A stretch of DNA of 64,000 bases from Chitinophagales bacterium. Its GTDB lineage: Bacteria; Bacteroidota; Bacteroidia; Chitinophagales; UBA8649. The position numbers and the translations under genes were made by a program. The notes beneath the pieces were generated by a model. It was not told where the DNA came from. It worked only from the letters and a program-made list of their open reading frames with translations, and ran no database searches. The stretch covers positions 9,435 through 73,434 of the forward strand of contig JBMHCE010000055.1 of NCBI GenBank assembly GCA_049890075.1, in the 5' to 3' direction. Shown here piece after piece: positions 28,043 through 36,200 of the stretch (position 1 is the stretch's first letter; each line of letters opens with the position of its first letter).

Positions 28043-29283
28043 ACCTTATCTAAGGATTGGGCAACATCATGAATCAAATCTTCATGGTGTTCAACCCCTA
28101 TGGACAAACGCACCAAAGAGTCTGATATATCCAATTCCGCTAAATGCTCATCGGATACTCCAGCATGGGTCATGGTCTTAGGATGTTGTGCAAGACTTTC
28201 TGTTCCTCCCAAGCTCACCGCCAACTTTATTAGACCAAGGTTATCTAAAAATCGAAAAGCTTCCTCCTCGCCTCCTTTAATGTAAAAGGATATCATGGCG
28301 CCACTTCCTGTAAAATGCCTTTTGTATAACGCATATTCAGGACTACCCTCTTCGAGAAGCCCCAGGTAATTGACTTTGGCAACTTTTGTATGATCTTTTA
28401 GATAATTGGCTACTTCAATAGCATTTCTTTGTTGCTGTTCCATTCGCAGTTTAAGCGTTTCTAAACTTCGCATGAGCAACCAACCTGTCCATGGACCCGC
28501 CATATTGCCTAGAAAGGTTCGCAGGGTTTTTACTCGAGTCATAAGCGCCTTACTGCCTAGAACCGCTCCTGCAATCAAATCACTGTGACCCCCGATATAT
28601 TTAGTTGCCGAATACATAACTAGATCAGCCCCTAGCGAAAGAGGATGTTGCCATAGAGGCCCCATATAGGTGTTATCTACTGCGACAATTACTTCATGGT
28701 CTGAAGAAAAGCTATCGGCCACACGCCGACATACTTCGATATCAATAATGGTGTTTGTAGGGTTTGCCGGGCTTTCCACATAGACCAGCTTGAGATTCTC
28801 AGCATGCCCGGAAGCCTGTACAAGTGCCTTAATCTCTTCTTCTGACTGACCTGCCTTAAATCCAAGGGTATGGATTCCAAGAGAAGGTAAAAAGTGATGA
28901 ATAAAATGATCGGTCCCACCATAGACTGGATGGCTGTATAATATCAGATCACCCGGTTTAAGAAACTCCAATAATACCGTGGTTATCGCTGACATGCCGC
29001 TTTCAAAAATGGCGCAGTCATCGGCTTTATCCCAAAGGCATAATCGATTTTCTAAAATCTCTAAATCAGGGTTATTGATTCGGCTATAGATTAACCCTAA
29101 CTCTTCGTTGGGTTGTTGCTCTCGCTTGCCGTAAGCAACTTCAAAAAATGCCTTTCCTTCTTGGGCATTCTTAAACACAAAGGTGGATGTCTGAAAAATG
29201 GGGCATTTTATTGAGCCTTCCGAAAGCTCAGGCTTATACCCATGAGACATCATTAAACTCTCTGGATGCATGTTCTCTTTCAT
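28039..29283 (-). CDS. Cystathionine gamma-synthase / methionine gamma-lyase family PLP enzyme
   Basis: PIFQTSTF, YSRINNP, ESPANPT, DNTY, SATKYIGGHSD, AVSLGGTESL; start moved to ATG 29283 because TACTTTTG (-7) lies at 29323-29330. Confidence 0.92.
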   Translation of the reverse strand: MKENMHPESLMMSHGYKPELSEGSIKCPIFQTSTFVFKNAQEGKAFFEVAYGKREQQPNEELGLIYSRINNPDLEILENRLCLWDKADDCAIFESGMSAITTVLLEFLKPGDLILYSHPVYGGTDHFIHHFLPSLGIHTLGFKAGQSEEEIKALVQASGHAENLKLVYVESPANPTNTIIDIEVCRRVADSFSSDHEVIVAVDNTYMGPLWQHPLSLGADLVMYSATKYIGGHSDLIAGAVLGSKALMTRVKTLRTFLGNMAGPWTGWLLMRSLETLKLRMEQQQRNAIEVANYLKDHTKVAKVNYLGLLEEGSPEYALYKRHFTGSGAMISFYIKGGEEEAFRFLDNLGLIKLAVSLGGTESLAQHPKTMTHAGVSDEHLAELDISDSLVRLSIGVEHHEDLIHDVAQSLDKV

Positions 29284-29405
29284 AGATTGGTTTTTGTTAG
29301 GTTGTTGCCCATGAAAGTGTCCCAAAAGTACATTAATTGTCCTACAGAGTGCTATCGGGATAGGTCACAAAAGAACCTAAGTTCCAATCATGGTGTTTAG
29401 ACCAT

Positions 29406-30269
29406 GTGTTTGTGATGAATTATTTCTTAGACAAGATTGACCCAGTTGCTCAATTCTTGCTCTCTCCTAGCGTAAAAAAGCGCATGGAAAAGGGTTTTGT
29501 GAGTTTTGCACTGTTTGCCTTCCTTGTCCACCTTGGGCTATATATCATCAATTCGTATTTACCCCTCAACCTGCCTTCTTCGCTTTTTTCGAGCCCGCTT
29601 CAAATACTATATACACCCTTCTCCGTAGTCTTAGTTGCTGAAATCTACCTCTTGGTGTATTATCTGCCGTCTTCATTTGGACGATCCATGGGTAAGCAAA
29701 TTGAAATCATTGCCTTAATTGAGATTAGGACGGTTTTTAAGGATTTAGATAACACGTCAACTTGGCCTTGGGAGGCTGCTTTCTTCCCCCATATCTTATC
29801 GGCGCTGTTACTTGGTGGTATTCTCGTAATCTTTTACAGGGTGCTTCCTCAGCGAGTGGCGCGCATGGAAGAAGATGATCTTCAACACTTCGTTCGATTT
29901 AAGAGAGTCTTGGCCGCTGCACTCATGGTGTTTTTGTTGGCATTAAGTGCTTATGCGCTCTCATTATGGAGTTATGACATTGTCATTCACCCCGACCACC
30001 TGCGGATGGATCCAAATACCGTTTTTTACACAGAGTTCTTTACAACGCTGATACTAGTCGACGTATTAATCCTTGTAGTTTCTTTGCGGTATCTGCATGA
30101 CTTTGGCCAAGTTATTCGAAACTCAGGCTTTATTGTCGCCACCGTCATGCTACGAAGAGCACTGGGTATTGAGCCTTGGCACGCCTTTGCCTATGAGATA
30201 AATGCTGCGATTCTTGCTGTACTAATGGTATTGCTGCAACGCTATCTTCCCCGACGGTCGAAGACGTGA
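29406..30269 (+). CDS. Hypothetical polytopic membrane protein
   Basis: About 7 hydrophobic segments; YTPFS, KQIEII, RNSGF motifs. Confidence 0.75.
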   Translation: MFVMNYFLDKIDPVAQFLLSPSVKKRMEKGFVSFALFAFLVHLGLYIINSYLPLNLPSSLFSSPLQILYTPFSVVLVAEIYLLVYYLPSSFGRSMGKQIEIIALIEIRTVFKDLDNTSTWPWEAAFFPHILSALLLGGILVIFYRVLPQRVARMEEDDLQHFVRFKRVLAAALMVFLLALSAYALSLWSYDIVIHPDHLRMDPNTVFYTEFFTTLILVDVLILVVSLRYLHDFGQVIRNSGFIVATVMLRRALGIEPWHAFAYEINAAILAVLMVLLQRYLPRRSKT

Positions 30270-30286
30270 TGAAACCTATGGAATGG

Positions 30287-31363
30287 CTAGGAAAAGAGAG
30301 AAGCAAAAAAACCCTTCTTTTTTCGAATGATTTTCACTTGACCTTTATCAAAGGCTAACCCCCGAGCATAGCGCTTTTTTTCCTTTCCTTTGAGATGTAG
30401 GTCAAGAGCGTCTGCTATAGCAAATGTTTCTTCCAATGAATCCTGCTCATTAATTTGTTGCAAAGCAACAGATAGGGGTGAATCCGGAAAAAGACGTTGT
30501 ACATCGCTTGTAAACGTTGCATTCCAACTTGCTACATAATCTTCTCCTAAAGTGAGTTTGGCTTGATGATGCAGGTGGAGGTTAAGGGCTTCAAAATATT
30601 CCTTGTTTTTCGATAAGAAACTTGATTCTTTTAACCGTAGCTCCAAGAGATTAAATCGCTGGGTATACTTGAGTATATAATTGTACTTGTTATGATCAAA
30701 GGCAACTGAACCTTCCTTTAGATCCATGGCATCAAACTTTTTCTTACAGGCTTCATACAACTCCATATCTAAGGGATTCATAGATTGAATCAATTCTCGA
30801 ACGTCTTGCGAAACCTCTTGTAATGGCGGTCGGTTAAGCGTAATACGCTTTACCTCTACTTTGCGCGGCACCTTGATCCCAGTTATGGAACTAAAGTAGG
30901 CGAGGGACTTGGCATATTCTTCAAAAATTCCAACCTTAATATCTAAGCTTTCGATCGTATTGAGTACTAAGTCTAAATCGTCGCGTGTAGCAGCTTTTTC
31001 ATCATACATACGATTTCCCACTAGAAAACCGACCATGTAGTTTCTCGTTTGGCGGTGTTTTATATAACCCAAAAGGTCACGAGGCTTAGGCGTAAGCATA
31101 TTCATAAACTCAGCACGATCCTTCATAAAATAATACTCAGAAATCATGCGATCTACTGGATTCCTAAGCATGGTAAACAAGTTATACTCCAAGTATTTGT
31201 CGTAGTTACTAGGATTAAAAATGTCCTTGGAATTGGAGCGCTTAGTGTCGTAGATGATATGCCGGTAATGAAAGTCAGGCGTCGTTTGCCACGCGGTCTT
31301 CTGAATCACGCAATTTAAGGTGGTGCCACCTGTTTTTGGAATGTGAATGAAAATATTCTCCAT
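30287..31363 (-). CDS. Sulfotransferase family 2 protein
   Basis: FIHIPKTGGTT (5'-PSB), LRNPVDRMISEYYF (3'-PB), NPLDMELYE. Confidence 0.85.
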   Translation of the reverse strand: MENIFIHIPKTGGTTLNCVIQKTAWQTTPDFHYRHIIYDTKRSNSKDIFNPSNYDKYLEYNLFTMLRNPVDRMISEYYFMKDRAEFMNMLTPKPRDLLGYIKHRQTRNYMVGFLVGNRMYDEKAATRDDLDLVLNTIESLDIKVGIFEEYAKSLAYFSSITGIKVPRKVEVKRITLNRPPLQEVSQDVRELIQSMNPLDMELYEACKKKFDAMDLKEGSVAFDHNKYNYILKYTQRFNLLELRLKESSFLSKNKEYFEALNLHLHHQAKLTLGEDYVASWNATFTSDVQRLFPDSPLSVALQQINEQDSLEETFAIADALDLHLKGKEKKRYARGLAFDKGQVKIIRKKKGFFASLFS

Positions 31364-31495
31364 GTCTTTTCTAATATAACTTATCTAAGAACATTTTATC
31401 CAAATCCTTCCTTCATATCAATATCTAACGATCAATGTTTGCCCTTGAACATCTAGTCAAAAAATTTTGACTTTATCCAACGGTTGATTAAACTA

Positions 31496-31556
31496 AGTAA
31501 AGGGCATAAAAATGGGGAAGCTAAGCTTCCCCATTTTTGATAGAGTGCGGTCTGGA
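31496..31556. repeat. Imperfect direct repeat copy 1 (tRNA-Asp 3' end plus terminator), att-like
   Basis: agtaaagggcataaaaa..hairpin..tgcggtctgga matches 32964-33014. Confidence 0.8.
31508..31538. terminator. Terminator hairpin (bidirectional-type)
   Basis: aaaaatggggaagc-taa-gcttccccattttt, perfect 14-bp stem. Confidence 0.8.
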
Positions 31557-33003
31557 AGAACTACCCAAATCATTTAATCTTTTGGAAAATCCGTCCCAGA
31601 ATCATCAAAATACTATCAAGTTGAAGAGGATTGATATTCATCATCTCTTTAAATTCCTGCTTACTCGGATTAGTTAAATAAGAATCGACTTCTCGACCAA
31701 ACTTATTCATCTACCATAGTCCAATTATTTTTTTAAAATAATCTTTCTAGTATCGAAGTTTTTGTTTTCATCCGAGATACGAAGGACATAAAGACCATTT
31801 GGATAATCATATAATTCCGTTGAGTACGTATCACTATCAATCGTTTCCTCATGAATCAACTCACCACTTTGATTAAACAACTCCAAATTGAACACCCCAA
31901 ATTGATTTAATCTGACATTTAATGGCCCATTCGTTGGGTTGGGATAGACCGATTCGATGAAGGTGAGGTTTTGCATCTTGGGAATAGTATAGCCAGATGC
32001 ACCATCATATGGGCTAAGAACTATTGGGTAAAAATTCATATTGACTTTATCTTTTGTGGCTAAAGCAATAATCTCCTCTTCGTCGTGGTCAGAAAAACTT
32101 GGTCCATGAGATGGTGCGTCTCCAAGTAAAATAACAATACGCTTGCTATCTGAACGCCAAAATCCTTCCTGAAATGCTTCGTATATGCCATCATATACCG
32201 ATTCTGGGAAATCATATCCTGGGGTCAATTTTATATTCTCAATAAAGTTCATGGTACCCTCAAAGTCAGTTTCAAAATTTTGAAAGTCATACCACAATGG
32301 GCCATCATAATTCCTATCGCCATATGTTGATACAGATAGCCTTATGCTTTCCTTGGATTTGATGGATTCAAGGATTTGATCTAGACCCTTTTGAATATTA
32401 TCTAAGTCATCTGCCATACTATAGGTTTTGTCGATGATTATCATGACGTCTGTATTATCCGAAGCCTGTGTTTCAATAATATCACCTATAATTTTTGCCA
32501 CGAACTTTGAGTTTGAGATTACATTTAGGTTTCCTCCCGTTTCACGAGCAAGCGTATTAAACTGTTCAAGACATTCTGTGGCAATAAAAGTTGTGTCAAT
32601 CAACTGGGGAATCTCAACATTTATCTCCATAAGGGAGTCCAAAACAATCATTATAGAATCGTTTTCCAACTTTAAAAGCTCTTGTTTTTCAGATTCGGAT
32701 AATTGTGGCTTATCAAAAGATGTGCAACCTACTGCTGTAGATAGCATCAATATCAAATAAAGAAAATTTTTCATTCGTGTTTTTATTAATTAAAGTAATC
32801 GTGTGCAATCAACGTAAAATGCATTTGCAATTATTAACGCAGTAGGATTTAGATTCTGTTGTTTGCACACTGTTAAGGATGCTTAAATTTTGAAAAATGC
32901 ATAAATCCTCTTTACAAACATCTACCTAGCTGCCAGAGCCAGATAAAAATCTTTGATTCCAAGAGTAAAGGGCATAAAAAAAGGGAAACCTTAGTTTCCC
33001 TTT
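31557..33003. mobile_element. Integrase-less genomic islet at the tRNA-Asp 3' end
   Basis: Bounded by tgcggtctgga at 31546-31556 and 33004-33014; visibly AT-richer than flanks; one cargo gene. Confidence 0.55.
31725..32774 (-). CDS. Lipoprotein with VWA domain and T9SS type-A C-terminal sorting domain
   Basis: Lipobox TAVGC; MIDAS-like IIDKTYSM, YGDR, IVILLGDAPSH; CTD VYPNPT..GLYVLRI..TRKIILKK. Confidence 0.85.
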   Translation of the reverse strand: MKNFLYLILMLSTAVGCTSFDKPQLSESEKQELLKLENDSIMIVLDSLMEINVEIPQLIDTTFIATECLEQFNTLARETGGNLNVISNSKFVAKIIGDIIETQASDNTDVMIIIDKTYSMADDLDNIQKGLDQILESIKSKESIRLSVSTYGDRNYDGPLWYDFQNFETDFEGTMNFIENIKLTPGYDFPESVYDGIYEAFQEGFWRSDSKRIVILLGDAPSHGPSFSDHDEEEIIALATKDKVNMNFYPIVLSPYDGASGYTIPKMQNLTFIESVYPNPTNGPLNVRLNQFGVFNLELFNQSGELIHEETIDSDTYSTELYDYPNGLYVLRISDENKNFDTRKIILKK

Positions 33004-33004
33004 T
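32976..33004 (-). terminator. Terminator downstream of tRNA-Asp
   Basis: aaaagggaaac-ctta-gtttccctttt hairpin with A-run (U-tract on minus strand). Confidence 0.8.
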
Positions 33005-33005
33005 G

Positions 33006-33079
33006 CGGTCTGGACGGGATTCGAACCCGCGACCCCATGCGTGACAGGCATGTATTCTAACCAGCTGAACTACCAGACC
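33006..33079 (-). tRNA. tRNA-Asp (GTC)
   Basis: GGTCTGGTAGTTCAGCTGGTTAGAATACATGCCTGTCACGCATGGGGTCGCGGGTTCGAATCCCGTCCAGACCG cloverleaf. Confidence 0.97.
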
Positions 33080-33290
33080 TTTTCCACCGCTGTTTCTAGC
33101 GGAACGCTAAAATAAAACAAATTTTGTTTCAACCTAACATTATTGTGGGTTTCTTCATTTGCTAGACTATTCACCTAATGGTGTCAGTAATAACAACCCC
33201 TCTTCGCCGTTAACATAGCAACCAAGAAGTACCTTCATTATAACCTTTCCAACTTCCTGCGTGTTTATTCTTCAACGTAAAAGAAAACGT

Positions 33291-36200
33291 ATGCGGCACA
33301 TTCTCTTGACAACGCTATGCCTATTGGCTTTGATTCCTGCTACCATCGCTCAATCGATGTGGCAACCAAGCGCAGAGCCTACCTCTATTCCAAGCGGAGC
33401 GAAACGCTTTATCTATGCTGATGAAGCTCAATACTTCGAACTTGATACCTCTCTATGGACTGCTGTTTCGGCTCGCATTCCCATGGAAGTCAATCGACTG
33501 GATGCGCGTCAAGGATTTCAGGTAAGCATCCCAATGCCTAATGGTGATCTCGAAACTTTCCTCTTTGCAGAGTCGCCAATTATGGAGGCTTCTTTAGCTG
33601 CTCAATATCCTGAGATTTCGACCTATGTAGCCTATTGCCCTGACCACCCCGAATGGTATGGCAAGTTTGACTTTACCCCTCAGGGCTTTCATGGAATGAT
33701 TTTAGGCGTAGAAGGAGGATCTGTTTTTATAGACCCTGTCTTTCATGGACCGCTTTATCCTACTACCTACATCAGTTATCATCGAGATAATTTTCGTCCA
33801 GCTATCCCGGAACAGTTTTCTTGTGACTTCCATAGCGATGTGCTTGACGCAAGCCTTGATGAAGAAAGAGAACTTGCTCGCTTTGGGACCTGCGAACTGC
33901 GCACCTATCGCTTAGCGTTATCGGCTACCGGAGAATATACTGCCTTCCATGGAGGGACACAGGCTCAAGCCATTGCAGCCCAAAACACTACGATGAATCG
34001 AGTCAACGGTGTGTTTGAACGCGATATAGCCATTACCATGGTCATTGTAGCCAATAATGACTTAAACGTATATACCAATGCGGGAAGTGATCCATTCTCC
34101 AATGGAAATACTGGGGCTATGATTAATGAGAATGTCACGGTGTGTAATAACAATATCGGTTCAGCAAATTATGATATCGGCCATGTCTTCGGGACAAACT
34201 CCGGAGGTCTTGCTGGACTAGGTGTAGTATGCTCTTCGTCAAAAGCTCGTGGAGTAACGGGATCGGGTGCGCCAGTAGGTGACCCTTTTGACATTGACTA
34301 TGTCGCCCACGAAATGGGGCATCAGTTCAACATGAATCACACCCAAAACAACAGTTGTAACCGCAACGGAGGAACGGCCGTTGAGCCGGGAAGCGCATCG
34401 ACTATTATGGGCTATGCTGGGATCTGTGCACCCAACGTGCAAAACAATTCCGACGACTATTTTCATGGTATCTCCCTACAAGAATGCGATGCTCTGATTA
34501 CTTCTGGAGGCCACACATGTCCTGTTATAACTCCCCTATCTAATAGCGAGCCTACGCTAACAGGCCTATCAACGTCCATTACGATTCCTGCGAATACACC
34601 TTTTGCCCTAACGGCTGCAGCCAACGACCCAGATCCTTCAGATGTATTAACCTATTGTTGGGAGCAAATGGATAACCAGACAGGCTTTACCATGCCACCA
34701 TCGAGTGCGTCTACTGGAGGACCGATGTTCCGCTCACTTGATCCTTCAACCTCACCTACACGATACTTCCCAAATCTTCAAGACCTCATCGCAGGTAATG
34801 TTTCCGTTTGGGAAGTCTTACCCTCGGTTTCACGATCGATGGACTTCCGCGTCACGGTTCGCGATAATGCAAGTGGTGGTGGATGTAATGACCATGATGA
34901 CCTCGTTGTCAATGTCGACGGCAACTCAGGACCATTTCTTGTATTAAATCCAAACAATTCGGGGATTACTTGGGATGCTTCTACAGTCCAAAACGTAACA
35001 TGGGATGTTGCGAATACTTCGTCCAGCCCTGTTAGCTGTGGCAGTGTCGACATCCTTCTCTCTCTTGATGGAGGGCAAACCTTTAGCGTCATTGCAAGCA
35101 ATGTCCTAAATGATGGCAGCGAATCCATTACCGTCCCCAATACACCGTCAAGCAATGCTTTGATTATGGTGCAGTGTGCCAATGGAACGTTTTTCGATGT
35201 CTCCGACAACACTTTTGTAATTAATGGGATTACCAACGACTTCACCATCACCTCACCCAACGCCAATCAGTCGGTCTGTGCAGGAGGAAGCACTACCTTT
35301 CCTATCGATCTAACAGCTTTTGGAACCTTTGCTGACCCTGTTAGCCTTTCAGTCAGCGGAGGAGGTTCTGGAACATCCGCTTCCCTCAGCGCAAATAATG
35401 TTACGCCTACCACCTCCGTTACTCTTACCGTAACGACTACGACAGCATCATCAGGCACCAACACCCTTACTATTAGTGGTAATAGCACTACCGGTACAAA
35501 AACTCTTGACGTAGTGCTTGACGTCTTAACTGCACCTGCTACACCAACCTTAACTTCACCTGTAGGGGGAGCAACGGCTTCGAACCCAACGGTGTTCACT
35601 TGGTCCTCTACTCCTGGATCAACTTATGATATCACCATCTTTTCTAGCATCAATCCTAACACAGTTGCTGAAACGGCGACGGGTCTAGGAAGTGCAACAT
35701 ATACATCCAACAGTCTTGCCAACGCAACGACCTACTATTACCTTGTTACGGCGAACAATGCCTGTGGTAGCGCAACCTCTGCAATAGAATCGTTTACCAC
35801 CTCGAGTTGCCTTACGCTGACGAACACCACAAATTATGTGGGATCAAACAATGCCAATACCGATGTACTATCCCCCATAACCGTGCCTGTAAGCGCTACC
35901 TCACAGGTATCTTCTGTGCGCATACCCAATATGCAAGGTTTTATCACCCGAATCAATGATATTGACATCAGATTAGTCGCCCCTAGTGGCACAGAGATTA
36001 TCCTCTTAGACTACATTAACTATTGCAATCTAGAAGATGATTGGGATCATGGTATAGAGGACGGTGGCCTGAATCTCAATGGGCTTCCCTGCCCTCCTAC
36101 CGACGGCTTGATTTATGATCCGGAAAACCCTCTCTCAACCTTTGACAATGAACTCGCCGCAGGCGATTGGAATCTGCGCGTCTTTGATTGGGTAAATGGA

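Noticed and set aside
31455-31472. Inverted repeat agtcaaaa-aa-ttttgact upstream of the sulfotransferase
   Set aside because: AT-rich single occurrence; could be an operator but chance cannot be excluded
31570-31710. 46-aa minus-strand ORF (MNKFGREVDSYLTNPSKQEF...) inside the tRNA-Asp islet
   Set aside because: Too short and no recognisable motif; could be a gene remnant but cannot be supported
20350-33000. Whole accA-to-tRNA-Asp block as one large genomic island or defence system
   Set aside because: No integrase, no distal att copy noticed, no nuclease, toxin or other defence motifs; genes carry native promoters
34778-35599. Antisense ORFs of 162 and 110 aa within the protease gene
   Set aside because: Stop-poor reverse frame of Thr/Ser-rich coding sequence
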